From: Tubulanus polymorphus
Lineage: Eukaryota > Animalia > Nemertea
Assembly (NCBI RefSeq): GCF_964204645.1
Contig: NC_134026.1
Coordinates: 15,534,150 to 15,598,149 of the forward strand
Direction of reading: 5' to 3'
Length of the DNA: 64,000 bases
This document shows positions 1 to 13,735 of this stretch, piece by piece. Under the pieces are notes generated by a model. The model made no database searches, was not told where the DNA came from, and saw only the letters and a list, made by a program, of their open reading frames with translations. Position 1 is the first letter of the stretch. Every line of letters begins with the position of its first letter. The translations under genes and the position numbers were made by a program.

Positions 1-945
1 GATACTACTGGTAACAGGTCATACTACTGTTACCCCGTAACCACTTACCAGCGATACTGGCCGATCCTTCTGGAGACCGGTGATACTACTGTTAGCCCGA
101 TACCAGTTACCAGTGATACTGCCCGATCCTTCTGGAGACCTGTGATACTACTGTCAGCCCGATACCACTGTTACCAGCGATACTGCCTGATCCTTCTGGA
201 GACCGGTGACATTACTATTACCCTGATACCAGTGATACTGCTCGATCCTTCGAGAGACCTGTGATACTACTATTAGCCCGATACCACTGTAACCAGTGAT
301 ACTGCCCGATCCTTCTGGAGACCTGTGATACTACTGCTACCCCGATACCACTGTTATCAGTGATACTGCCCGATCCTTTTAGAGACCGTGATACTACTGT
401 TACCTGATACCAATCGTCCATGCTTTGGTTGTTCGGTGGTTACCAGAACACCGTTTCAAGACGGCGGCTACGTAGAGGGCGCTTTAGGACAATACAGTGA
501 GAAGAGAACAGCACGACCATAACAACACGGGCCGAAAGCATCCGTAGTAGCGCCTGGTAACACTAACAGTGCTATCGGGGTAGCAGTAGTATTACCGGTC
601 TCCTGAAGGGTCGGGCAATATTGCTGGTAACTGTGGTATCGGAGTATCAGTAGTATCACCGATCTCGCGATGGATCAGGCAGTATCACTGGTATCAGAAT
701 TATCGGGGTGGCAGTAGTATCACCGGTATCAACCAGTAGCAGGTGGTCCCTGAAGGATCAGGCAGTATCACTGATATCAGAGATATCGGGGTAGTAGTAG
801 TATCACCGGTCTCGGAAAGGACCAGGCAGTATCACTGGTAACAGTGGTATCGGGGTAACTAGTACGGTATCACAGGTCTCCATAAGATTCGGACAGTATC
901 GCTGGTAACAGTGGTATCGGTGTATCAGTAGTATCACCAGTCTCT
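1..945. repeat. Inverted pair of ~63-bp tandem minisatellite arrays (foldback-like); left array runs off the window start
   Basis: Unit like GATACTACTGTCAGCCCGATACCACTGTTACCAGCGATACTGCCTGATCCTTCTGGAGACCGGT repeats over 1-~410; its reverse complement (…GATCAGGCAGTATCACTGGTA…GGGGTAGCAGTAGTATCACCGGT) repeats over ~560-945, with a ~150-bp unique spacer. Confidence 0.85.
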
Positions 946-2881
946 GGGGCATTGGATTTAGTTTCTCCTTCTAAGACCGGAAGAAAATACAACAGCTTAT
1001 TCCATCTAAACACTTGTTTACAATCCATTTCCAACTGAAAAATTGTAATTTATTAAATGAAAACAAATGAACACAAATAGTCTAACGCGAGGAATTTTAG
1101 TTACCTTAAAGAAAACGTGTAAGTACGAAACACACTGTTTTTACAAAAACACACCAATTACATTATCTACAGTTAATATATACCGTACTCACGCAGATAC
1201 TCACACAACAGTACACAGCAGAATACAGTTACCACCAGTTACGTGCTCACTCACCCGAACAAACAATTTACAACATGCAACGTTCCCTATCAAGTAAAGA
1301 TAAAGAACGTAAGGACATCATACGATATATATGCAAACGGCGATATCCAGTAAATTTTGATTTCGAGGCCTTACGTATAATATCCTAGCCTTCAATTAGT
1401 ATTCGTATCGCGCGAAGTAAGGATTGTCGATTTAGGTAAATCTCTTAATCGTATAAGAAATTTTAGCAATCAAGAGATGTTGATTTAGTATGATATTATA
1501 CCGTCCAATCAATGAATCGTTTCATCGTCATGCCTCGCCAATCCTCGAGGTCAAAATTTCATATTAAATACACGTCAAAAATGATTTTTACCCGTCAAAT
1601 GACGTAATTTGATTTCAAATCTGTTATGATTTATTACAATATAACATCATTATATCAAGGCATATACGAACTTAGGCTAACAAGACACTTGCCCTTTTAA
1701 TGTGAACCTGGTGTATCAAACCATCCACTCTAGAACAGTTTATCTTATGCTAGGTTCACACGCACACGATTTTTCGTCGAGGAATTGATCAACTCACAGT
1801 CGAGCACAACTATTTTGAAGTCATGTGTGTGAACGAAAAAGTTGCTCAATTTTCCTCGACAAAACTCTAGTCTCGACAAGTTGAGAGAAATATAACATGA
1901 TCTATTTCTCTCAACTCGAGGAGTCGATAGAAATCTAACCAATCAACATACAGTATGTTCGCGCGCATTTTGATAGTCTTCCTTCTGGTAAGAGAGAGCA
2001 ACTTATGTCTACGATTTCTAGAATGAAAGAATAAATCTCTCAATAATCTCATGTCTCTGAGATAGTTGATATATGAGACTCATGAATTCTCTTTTAGAAT
2101 TTCTGGAGTCAGGCGGTTCCAGGATCCCCTAACACCGGGCATGATATCCATGGATGCTAGATAACCGACTTCGTTTTATCTTGTTGATTTCTGCTTAAAT
2201 CATGATTTCTTGATCATCCTTTCCTGGGTAAATGCACTGCTGCATCTACACCCAGCTGGAGTTATGTGAACTATGCTGTGTGTGGGTGGGTGTGTGTGTG
2301 TGTTTGTGTGTGCGTGCGTGCGTGCGTGCGTGATGAAAAGATCTTGTAGTTCACTCGGCTGTAAATTTAAAGGAACTATTGGCCTGACATAATTAATTCT
2401 TTTATTTTTTGCTGTTTGAAAAATCATAAAATTGAATGAAAATTCGATTTTTTATCAAATGTTATATTTTTTTACCGGCGGTGGTTTAATCCCGACTTGG
2501 GAATTGAATCATTTTTTATTAAATGTTATCTTTTTCGACCGGCGTCGATTTAATTTCGACTTTTTCACGAAATTAAATCATTCTTTGTTTTACTTTATCT
2601 TTTTTCGACTGGTGGCGATTTATTCCGACTTTTGTCACGGAATTAAATCATTTTTTATTTAATTTTATCTTTTTTCGACTGGTGGCGATTTAATTTCGAC
2701 TTTTTTTCACAAATTACTTTTTATTAAATGTTGTTTTTTCGACCGGTGTCGATTTAATTCCGACAAATTTCGTGATCGTTGTCGTAATAACGGAGGTCAC
2801 TTCGATTGAACGCACGTATATTCCGATACATGCATTGCATGCTGAATTGTCTTGGACTGCTTAATAAGGATCACACAGGAG

Positions 2882-3790
2882 ATGAAGGACCTCATTGTGG
2901 CTCTATTTCATCTTGGCTTGAAATATGCAGAAATTATCGAATATTTATGAACTTATGAATTAGGTGTTTTGCCAACTTTGCCAATGTTTTGGACGTCTGC
3001 CTATTTCTGCAGAAGAAACTTAACTTCTCAGGAGAACGTCATGGTTACCGTTGGTTTTCATGTTCAAGCAGTGATGGCTAAATTTGTTGTAAGTCAAGAT
3101 ATAATACGTCAAATACTTCAGGTGATCGACCGGGTTGGCATTGAAATACGAAGCTGGCGAAGATTAAGGCGCCGCCTTTACAGGGACAAAGGGCCGAATA
3201 TGACTTGGCACATAGACGGCTATGATAAGTTATAACCATATGGGATCTGTATACACGGATGTATTGATGGCTTTAGCCGTAAAATGATATGGCTCGAAGC
3301 ATATACTACAAACAACAATTCACACATTATCACCGGTTGCTACTGGCAATCAGTTGAGGAGTTGGGGCGAGCGCCCACTAGAGCTAGAGCCGATGATGGC
3401 ACGGAGAACTCGGTTGTTTGAGATATTCAACGGGCACTCCGAAGAAATCATGACGATGGTTTTCAGGTGACAATAGTTTTATGTACGGAAAAAGTACAGC
3501 AAACCAACGTATTGAGGCCTGGTGGGGTCAGCTGAAAAACCACGCTGCTGGATTTTTTATATAACTCTTCAAGAAAATACAAGATGAAGGTTATTTCACA
3601 GGTGATGACCTTGACAAGTCACTAATCCAGTTCTGTTTTCTTCATCTGATCCAGGTTAGTTACTTCTGATGTGAGTTAGTTTCGATCCCTTGTACAAAAG
3701 AAGTGTCTACTAATTTCGAAGTATCATTTTCATGACGAGCTTGATTGTGTTAAAATGGAACTTTCACCGTATTCGTAAATGCCGTACAGC
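2882..3790 (+). pseudogene. Integrase-core (DDE) transposase remnant
   Basis: MKDLIVALFHLGLKYAEII start; KGPNMTWHIDGYDKL*PYGICIHGCIDGFSRKMIWL, RADDGTEN and GKSTANQRIEAWWGQL motifs; in-frame stop at 3233-3235, frameshifts, probable intron donor near 3655. Confidence 0.8.
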
Positions 3791-4545
3791 CCAGCACATT
3801 CCCACCTGGCGATGATTAACCCACAATCAAGGAAATAAGTGAAATGGAATTTGATGTTTCAACCCAAATTCTATGAAATTAGCTAAATTACGAGTTTTTG
3901 AAAATTGCTCATGGCATTTGAAAATCCTCTTACAGTTTCCCTTCGATTGTGGGTTTATTTATCAACTGAATTAGACAGTTAATTGTGTATGAAAACCAAT
4001 TACCTAAAAAGATCCATTAATCGGCAGACTTAAAATCAAAATGTTATGACAAAAAATTATAAAGGGAATTCCATGCACGAAACTTTTATTATGAAAAACG
4101 AAACTGCTTTTATTATAGAATATTATGAATATTCTTTAAAATGATAATCTTACTGTCAAATCCAGACCAGGAAAACCTTTTTCTACTATTCTTAGCCGCA
4201 TGCATATATAGCCAAGTGTATACACTGTGTACAATTGCAATATAAAAGTATTATTCAGTAATTACAAAATTGTAATATTTCCATGCTTGTCAATATCACC
4301 AACCTTCGTACAATCAATTATAATTACCTGAATTCGTTAACGAGTTCTCTAGGGAAACTTCCTAGCTGGAGATTGGTAAGGGTAAATGAATGCGGTAGTT
4401 GAGGTATTTTGAAATCTTAATAAGGAAATAATTACATAGGAGATTACATAGAAATTTCATATCATTTGAAAAAAATTCTATAATGTACTTTTAGCCTTAT
4501 AAAAATACCTCATCGGCTATTTCGAAATAAATTTTCGAAATTTAT

Positions 4546-5895
4546 CTACAGAATATCTACGCTCCAATATTCTTGACTACCAGATAAGATCACTCTTAAC
4601 ATTTGATTGAACTGAGCATAGTGATCTATTTCGGAAGGAAGTTTAAGGGTTTTTCCGTAAGTGTGTCCGATTGGCCGTCGGGAAGATTCACTCATAGGTG
4701 TAAATGATACAAGGATTTCGCCCACTGTTAGGAGGACCGACCCTGTACAAAATCTAAGCAACTTTGCTATTTCAGTTTCATCCACTTCTTTTTCTGACTG
4801 ACTTAATGCAGATACAACCAACGTCTTCAAAACTCCTTTCGGATTCGGTGTTAAATCTGTATAAATACGCTCAAGGGTAGCTAGATCTACGGGTGATTTA
4901 CTAGAAAATACAACCCTCATGCATTTTGCAGTATAGTTTGGTTTTTGGATTAGCTCTTTATATTATGTGCTAGTTCCTTGACGATATCACTGATATTTTC
5001 AGCATTGGGAGCCTTTCGACATTCATATGAATACAATACTTCTATAAGATCACCAAAATTAACAAATTCGAAATCTTGTAAGGCCTTCTTCAGAATATCT
5101 CTGCCCATCCTACTTAAGAACTTGAAAAAAATGATTCTTGAACGTCTGTTATATGAGTACCAAATACACACGATTCAATGAACGGTTTAGCCAACCTGAT
5201 GGGCCAGTAACCACAGTCATCGTGACCTTTTACCACAATCCGGGCAACTGCCATTCGGCCCTTTTCGTAAAAATCATGACGCAAAAATGGTACTTTAACT
5301 TCATGGCCAATGCAGTTTTCAATATAAAAACGTTCCCAGGAATGAGTGAAGACATCTCTGATTACACCTATACCGACACCGACTTCAGTTTTACCATTTT
5401 CGATGATTCGTTTCATCTGTATTGGTCGATGAAGAGTTTTATTATCATCAAAAGCTGATATCATATCTTTTATTATTTGGACATGACGAATTATTATCTC
5501 GGTGGGTTCAATACCGGGGTTCAATACCACTGGTGCCAGCTGTTGGTTCCATTTCTTTTGCATCCCGAGAACCCAACTCTCCTTAAGCATATTCAAAAGG
5601 CATTTTTTATTCTTTAGCGTCTTTTTATCATTTCTCAAACAACAATTGAAAATTGCTATACGATCTCCAAACGCCGGTACATGCGGTACATAATGCTTCA
5701 GCTGAGCATCGTTCAAGGTAGTGGGACGTTCCCATCTACAAAAAAATAAGACGGGTGCATTCATCTTTTAAATGAATTACAGTTTTTTCTGCTCCTCGAA
5801 TTATTCCCTACGAAACATACCTTTTCTTCCTCAAGATGCTTCACTGTCTTCTCATCAAGAAGTGAAGGAAGAAATAATTTGAAGTGTTCCTCCAT
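4546..5895 (-). pseudogene. HECT-domain E3 ligase-like gene remnant (G2E3-like), transposon cargo
   Basis: ORFs 5114-5764, 4950-5171 and 4546-4920 give EVGVGIGVIRDVFTHSW, VPFLRHDF, WPIRLAKPF, KLLRFCTGS and RRPIGHTYGKTLKLP (the HECT PxAHTC catalytic motif with Cys>Tyr). Short putative first exon MEEHFKLFL at 5895. Confidence 0.75.
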
Positions 5896-8800
5896 GACTG
5901 GAAATAACGACAACATACGTATATAGGTAATCATCAAAACATCGTGATAAGGTTTTCTAACTATTTCAGTGATGCCTCCAGCAGTCAGAGTGGGTCCTCA
6001 TTTTATCAAGATATGGTTAAATTTTAAAGGTTAAATTTTAGATCAGTATGTGGCTTTTCTTTCCATTTATTCTCACGGACGGCGGATGGGTGGGTGAAGC
6101 TAGCCACGTGAGCATGATACACCTTTTCGGTGCTGTAATATCGACTTTACCTCATTCAAAGTAGGCCACCTATTTTGCTGCACTATAGCACAAAAGTGTT
6201 TAGACCTCTTACCCTTGTTGACTCGTTTTGGGGGATCGAGGTGCTCTGATGGTCTCAGAATGACTATAGGTGGACATGCATTTTATCAAACGCCTAATTG
6301 CATAATCTGCAATCAGAGACCATGAAATCAGAAATAATGTGACTCTCATTTTTACGCGTTTACGTATATACAATGTATATATACCGGTAGGCCCTATGAA
6401 CCGAATCAAGTGTATTATGCAGCTCGTACGCGTTTTATTAATGGCCATGTGTAAATCTTATTAAGAGTGAGGATGGGGTGCTAAGTATTCTTTCCGGTCT
6501 CTCTTTCACTATAATGATTCAATGAGATTACGTACCCAAAAATGCTAAAGCTCTGTGCTTCTCAGTTATACGTCTGCTTACTACGACTGTATAAACGTAT
6601 ACGTCGGCTGACTGCAGCACCGTACCAAGTGAGAGCATTTCAGAAACGATTTAATTTCATGGAAAAAAGTTGGAATTAAATCACCACCGGTCGAAAAACA
6701 TAACATTCAATGAAAAAATGATTTAATTCCGTGAAAAAAGTCTGAATTAAATCACCACTAGTTGAAAAGAGATAAAATCAAATGAAAAAAGATCTAATTC
6801 CGCGGAAAAAGTCGGAATTAAATCGACGCCGGTCGAAAAAACATAACATTCTATAGACAATGATTTAATTCCGTGAAAAAAGTCTGAATTAAATCACCAC
6901 TAGTTGAAAAGAGATAAAATCAAATGAAAAAAGATCTAATTCCGCGGAAAAAGTCGGAATTAAATCGATGCCGGTCGAAAAAACGTAACATTTAATAAAA
7001 AATGATTTAATTCCTTTTTCAAACAGAAAATAAATAAATTGATTATGTCCCCAAGACGCTTCCGTAAATCTGGGAACAATTATCTTAAACAATTATATTT
7101 AAGCAAGGAGTATTTTTATCTGTGACAGTGGATTGTGTTTTTATGTTTCAATATCGTAATCAATGTTTTGCCGGGTCATTTGTAGCTAAGAAAACATATC
7201 TGTAGATTTTTCCTATGTCCATTAATGGATCTAAACTTAGTCTTTGTCACTTTTACCCGGATACAGTTTTGGTAGCTCAAGTAGGTTGTCTTGTTTAATC
7301 AGTATTTCTTATGTCCAGCGAACTGGCACTATTTTTGAATAAGTGATGAAATAGCTATATAAACAACTCTCAACTCACCTGCCCTCGCAATTAGTTTAGC
7401 TCTCATCAGGTAATTAGTGTCTTTATACGTCATTAAGATTTGGATGAACCAATCGCTAGAAGTTTTGGTCACTAATTTCTTGATGGGAGTGTCTTAATTA
7501 ACTTGGTTTTGGGCAGCACAGATTTGATCACGCTGTGCCTGCTTTCCATTTGATTGAGACGTTTAATAAACCAGTATCAATAGATTAATTCAATCGTTCG
7601 TATTTTCAATTCTGCGAAATTAGCAACGCGCAAAAAGTCCGTTGCTAAATTTACAAAATAAGATTTGATAATTGTAGTGCATTATTGTATTATTGTATCA
7701 AACATTTCAATGGTTGATTATGGTTCGTGAGGGAGAAGTCATTAGGATGGGCGGTTGATTTAGCCCGAGTACCCAATCAAATCATAGTTTTACATGAAAC
7801 AATGCGTTAGTAAAAATCAAAACATAGATTTTTTAATTTTGAAAAGTCGCTAAACCGATATTCAATACGTTCTAATCTGCGTTTTGCATTAATTACGATT
7901 GAGAAAAAAGTGAACAGTTCAACCAACAGATAAACAACTACAGTTAACAACATTTTCATCTCGTAACCATATCGGAGAGAATGTATACAGAAGTAGGAGG
8001 AAAGATAATCTTACTAGAAGCAGTCGGTGGACACAGAACAAAGCTTTTGATTTGAGTTTTTTTGTTGTACCAGCGACATTTACCTTAGGGTGTATTTAGC
8101 CTGGCATCTTTACCTAGAAGGATTTCTACCCGGGGGATTTGTATACGTTACCTAATTGACACATGTATAGGCCTAAACACGGCAAGTTGATCATGACCAT
8201 AAACGACCATATAGGTTTGCAAAGTTCTGTATAGAAATTAGAAACATCGCTCGTTGAATAAAATGTGCAATAAAATCATGATTATGGGTGTTACTTGTAA
8301 AATGGTCGATTTTGATGAACGTCCTTGAGGGTGGTTCTGTACAGGCCGTACCTTTGGTAATGAGGCACAGGAAAGGCTACTGAGGGAAGCAAGGATTCGG
8401 CGATAATCCCCAAGGATCGCTAGGCTAAGCGTTACTGGGTTACGTGCTTCAATTTCTACTTCAATTTCTACTTAAATCAACTTTTCCGATAATTAAATAC
8501 ATTTTCAGGGGAATCTGAACCACGGACTGAATGAGAAAGCAGATCTTACATATTCGATGACTCCGTTTAGTATTTCTTGGATTTGGCAGCTTAAAATTGC
8601 AGTTCAAATTTCACTGAAAATGAACTAATTTTCACACGAATAACCCAGTTAAGTGCTTTGTTGCCGGAATCCCATTGATTGGATTAAAAATTTGATACCT
8701 TGTTTCTCCACTCCGCTGAGCTTAAAAGTTGACCTGGCCGGCCACCTATCTTCCCTGTCCATAACTTAAAAAAATTCGTGATCAATTTACCATTACAGAC

Positions 8801-10606
8801 CCGACGGCTATAGAAATGAACTGAATACAAATCTTACGAGACGAATTTCACAAAAATGACTTGGCCGCTGCGGGGAAAAAAGGTATCATTTTTAAAGCCC
8901 TATAACTTTTTGCATCACTACTGTGAAAAATGGCTTTGCTATAGCCACAAAGTGAAAAGAATCAAAATGCAATATTTAATTGAGTCATGGAAAATAAGTT
9001 AATCCAGGAAATCTTTAACGTCCATCGCTGAAATGACGTTAATGAATTAAGTTAATCTCCTTTTTTTTCACGACGGAGAAATAGGATTCAATGCTGAACA
9101 GAATTTTATCCGATGTTTCATGGTAATATGAAGTTGTTCGTTTCACGAATATTTCACGAGGCTACACGGTAAAGAAATTTATGTAATTATAAAAATTTGA
9201 TTCACTAATCCCCCTTTCTTTCGGTTTTAAAATGTTTTACAAGATTTACCCAATAGGAACTTCATTGTAAAACCTTAAAACCATTGGACATTCGGGAAAA
9301 GTTCGCCGAGAATATAAATGATCAGCTTGCTTTTCAAATAATGGTCAAGAAGGTCACGTTTTTGCCATTTGACCTTGGGAGGTTTAAACTGCTCGAATCC
9401 CATTCGCAAAAAATCGGTCCTTTTTGTCGGTTATAGTGAACGCACATGGAGCGCGTTGTTTCCATCGTGCGCCGACCGCGATTTGTTCAGGAATATAATA
9501 TAAAATCTCAATTGAGATCACAGGCGGATATAGAGCCCTATATCCCACACTTACTACATAACTGCTCTTTGAATAAAGTTCACATTAACGTTAAGATAAT
9601 TTGCATTATTCACATACCAACAGCGTAGGATAAGGTAAACCAGCAGTTCATTGTACTTAAAAGGCACGTACTACGTATTTCTATAAATCGTGAATTCTAT
9701 AATTCACGATTACCATGACAACACGGAGTCAACCAGCAGTTCTTCGTATACATGTGCTTCCTAGTTAGGTTGATCGAAGTAGCATCCGTAAACATATTAA
9801 GATTACATAACATCATAGTATTTCCAAGCAGATATTCTGAATTATTATCCCCAAAATAGGTGGTTGCTGAGGAGACTATACACATAAAATAGAAATTACA
9901 GCCAGAGTCTAAGTATACTGATGGAACAATCAATTAAGCATTTCTAAGGTCAAATAAATGTTTCCCATCCCTTTCAAATCTTACCCGCATCGGAAAGTTA
10001 ACCAGCAAAATTGCCATAAAAAGGTACTCGCCGTCCCTTTTCAAGACTCTGTAACGTATAAGTCTTTTTCATGTTTACATCAAAGTGCAATTTTCGTAGT
10101 AAAATAACATAATCACATCATCTGATTTTGTAATATTCTTTAACGATCGATACGTTCATTTCGAACCTTATAACCCGCAAGTGAAGTGCTTATTTCAGCG
10201 CAGTGTGGAGGTTTCTTTTAAATATTTGAATCTCAAGGTCGTTGCGTCATTGTGTGGATTTCCCGTCTCAAACTGTTCATATCTGTTCAGTGATGTAAAG
10301 CGATAAGCCACCATTACGGCGGCCGACCATAGATGCGACCGAAGTAATAGCAAATAAAAATATAAGATACCTCCCACATCTCAGAAATTTCATTTCTACC
10401 TTCGAAAAACTCAGTAAGAATATATACCTCCTGCATTTATCATGGCTTACAAAAGAGGTGTGATTAGAAACAAGGTATCATTTGTTTCGGTCTCAGTAAA
10501 ATAAAGCTTAGGCCTACCAGAATTCGACGGTGTATTAGTTTTCTATGATAATTGGACGCAAAAGCTTGTCAGGACCGCATTGGTTATCATGCAAAAAGTA
10601 GGAGAA

Positions 10607-11878
10607 CTAGGTAGAAACTTTCAGATTATTGTGCTCACGGACACTTGGGCTATTTGTCCTTCCCGTAAAGACAGTTCGACAGCGATTGCTGAAGTTGAGG
10701 TATCCTCGTAGACGGTCTTTTGTTCTGTCGGACATTTTCCACGAGGCATAAAGCACCGGGTTTGTGCAAGTTGCTAGAAACCCTAGCCAAGAGAACGTTA
10801 TATATGTAATGTCCATAAAGTTCTCTTTTTCTTCAGTCTCCTCGCCAACAAATGGAACAACCAATGCCATGATGTGCAACGGGCACCAACAGAAACCAAA
10901 TACAGTCACCATAGATATCATATACTGTTGATTACGTTTCTCTTTATAGATATCCAGCTCATCTTCATTTTGGTTAGATACTTGGTCTTCAGTTGTACAC
11001 ATATCCTGTTTATGTGCGGATGCAATACTAGTGCTTTCAGGTTCGTTCTGAGTAATCGACGACCACGTTCCTTGGTGGTGATTATATGCGTCATCCCCAT
11101 TACTACATCGTTCCTCCTGCCTACCATTACTATTGGCAAACGTAGAAATCTGCGTTTTCAATTCAGCTGAAACCTTGATATGCAGAAAAGCAATAACCGC
11201 CAATGGCACTGCGTACATTGTTACAAATATGGCTCGAACAAATTCCGCGTAATTCTCTCCGATACGAATATAGCATATACCGAAGCCATCATATTCAGGA
11301 AGGAGGTCACCGATATTAATGAACCTGAAGTAAACAGCTATAGGTAGCACAAGACACACAGATATGCCCCATGCTGCTATGGTACACAACCCAGCAGGGA
11401 CGCGCGGTTTCATCGGGTACAATATCAACCTATACCGATCAACTGCTATAATCACGAATGTCAACATGGACACATGTATGGGAAAACTCTGTAGCATAGG
11501 TAAAAAGTAACAAAGAAAACTCCCAAGTATCCAATTTCTTAATAATATATTGGACAACGTAATTGGGAGCACTAATGTAGTTTTTATGATATCCGATATG
11601 GCCAGACTTCCGATAAAAAAGTGTGTTGGATCATAAAACAGTTGCCGGCGAACTATAATCCAAAACAAACACACATTACTTAGCGTTCCAAAGCACGCAA
11701 CGATTGCATAAAAGAAGACAAACACTGGGTAAAGAATGCTCAAATTTGTACGTATCTGATTCCACTCAGCGCTTATAGTATCATTCTCATCCATGTTATC
11801 GTGAATCCACTTGATAAGGACATTTATATCGGTGATTTCGCTAACAGATTTAGCTGCGGGGATCTCGGATTTAGCCAT
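10607..11878 (-). CDS. Intronless class A (rhodopsin-like) GPCR, neuropeptide receptor of the NPY/PrRP/sNPF-like group
   Basis: 423-aa intact ORF with seven hydrophobic segments, TM2 LAISD, WILGSFLC, DRY, CWCPLH in TM6, NPVLY in TM7, N-terminal N-glycosylation sites (NDT, NLS) and a long third intracellular loop. Confidence 0.93.
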   Translation of the reverse strand: MAKSEIPAAKSVSEITDINVLIKWIHDNMDENDTISAEWNQIRTNLSILYPVFVFFYAIVACFGTLSNVCLFWIIVRRQLFYDPTHFFIGSLAISDIIKTTLVLPITLSNILLRNWILGSFLCYFLPMLQSFPIHVSMLTFVIIAVDRYRLILYPMKPRVPAGLCTIAAWGISVCLVLPIAVYFRFINIGDLLPEYDGFGICYIRIGENYAEFVRAIFVTMYAVPLAVIAFLHIKVSAELKTQISTFANSNGRQEERCSNGDDAYNHHQGTWSSITQNEPESTSIASAHKQDMCTTEDQVSNQNEDELDIYKEKRNQQYMISMVTVFGFCWCPLHIMALVVPFVGEETEEKENFMDITYITFSWLGFLATCTNPVLYASWKMSDRTKDRLRGYLNFSNRCRTVFTGRTNSPSVREHNNLKVST

Positions 11879-12763
11879 CTCAATAGATATAATTGACCAG
11901 CAGTCTATAGTATTAAGAACGGCCAGTTAAACATTTTCAATGAGGCTGTTACACTATTGTCGCATGACCCATAGGCCTATCCATGATGTGCAATTGTGAA
12001 CACCCAGTCTATATTCAACAACGAAGCATCCACATATATCACTTTTATAAAACATCAGCATCATAACCGTACTCCTTATTTTCCACATTCGAATTGAAAT
12101 TTGTCAAATTTGCAGTACTGCTTAGCAGCTATCACACCTACTAGCAAATATCGCGAAACGCAGTACTACGCGTGTAATGGTGGTCGACTCCTGATCACCT
12201 ACATGGTGCAAACGAATCGATCCCTGACAACCATCACCTCGTACAGTTCCACGTAGAAAAGCTCGCTGATAAAGGTAGCGCCTGAAAGCCGGACCCGGAC
12301 TCAGACTCCGGACTCAAAGTCACACGGACATGGACGTAATATTTCGGTCTTGGTTAATAATTAAGGATTTGGTAGAATAACGTAGTATAGTATTGATGTA
12401 GTTCCAAGCTTATAAATTTTTGTCAATTAACACGCGGAAATGCATTTCATTGTGAAGACTACAATATAATAATTATCTAAAATGACTAACGCTAGGGTAG
12501 AGAAAAAAGAAATTATAAGTTAGCAATCGAATACTGATGGACCAAAATGTCAATTGTAACAATACACATATCGGGTGAATGTACTTAAGGAAAATCTACC
12601 GTTCGGGAACATGATAATTGGCCATAGTTAGTAAATTCGATGACGTCACTAATTTGACAGTATCCCATCATTTTCTATCATTGCCTTGAAATTGTTGTAC
12701 ACATTTTATCTTTATTTCATATATACCCTTAATGTTTAAATGTCTGTAGCTAATAATCCATTA

Positions 12764-12975
12764 GGCGCGTTCACACGACGAAATTTAGACCGGTCTAAAT
12801 TTGGTCCGGTCCTATTTAGACCAAGCGTTCACACGGGCAAAAATACCGTTCCAAATTAGACCGGTCTAGTTTAGAGCGGTCTAATTTGGAACGGTATTTT
12901 CAGGTCCGGACCAAATTTTGGACCGGTCTAAATAAGTGTGTGTGGACAGAAACTGGTACCGGGTCCGGTCAAAAT
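12764..12975. repeat. Palindrome-rich terminal segment of a non-autonomous DNA transposon (Harbinger-like start GGCGCGTTCACACG)
   Basis: Repeated TTAGACCGGTCTAA palindromes and CGTTCACACG twice; no matching other end found. Confidence 0.4.
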
Positions 12976-13735
12976 CTTAATTCTGAATCTCTGCGGTATA
13001 GATTTCGCGACCTCTGCGGCAGAGTGTGAGTCCAGTTTCTTAAGTTTTAAATGCTTTTATTACCGTTTAATTATTCTTAAGAACTGTTTTTCCTCCCTCT
13101 ACTATGGAAATGTTTGGAGCGTCATTCGTATTCGTATATCCCGATCATCATTCATTTTACTGCCGTGCTTTGAACCGTGTTTAAACGACACGGAGTTTCA
13201 GCGTGATAGAATAAAATCGAATTGTCTAAACCAGGCCAGGATCTTAGCGACACATTGAAGTGGTTTCTGCCCCACATACCCAACCTTACTTTAAAAAAAT
13301 AATCGAACCTTTAGAAAGGAAGGGTATCCCAGTACAGGTATGCCAGTACATCCGAGCCGAATGCCCCACCGTGTTTGGTATCCATACTCCGAGCAAAAGA
13401 GGTCCAGGAAATTCCTTTTTTCATCATCATTCTGCCTCTCAGGACCAATGGATTTGATACAAATAACCGAAATTCGTTACCTATCCCATTTGCCGAAATT
13501 ATGGCAACATTTATGGGGACCTCTTCTTCACTCTAGCTACTATTTTTGGGGTCCGGTTTGGTCCGGCCCTACGCATCTTCGAGCTACTAACCTATTAATT
13601 GTGGTCTGATGCCAGTTGAAAATGTTAAACGGAGCCGAAGACGACCTCGTAGCAATTAAGGTAATGTTGAAACCATCCACAAAACGGAAGTGATATTGGA
13701 AAGATACAAAATGGCGGCTTTTTGAATCGCAGAAG

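Larger units (their letters stand above)
2368..7066. mobile_element. Decayed IS3EU-like DNA transposon (DDE integrase-core transposase plus convergent HECT-domain gene)
   Basis: Imperfect inverted termini (left GACATAATTAATTC..CTGTTTGAAAAA; right TTTTTCAAACAG..ATTGATTATGTCC..CTTCCGTA) and mirrored subterminal arrays (TTTTTCGACCGGCGTCGATTTAATTCCGAC at ~2470-2770; inverse at ~6650-7015) enclose two degenerate convergent genes. Left end and TSD are not resolved. Superfamily name is from recalled architecture. Confidence 0.65.
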
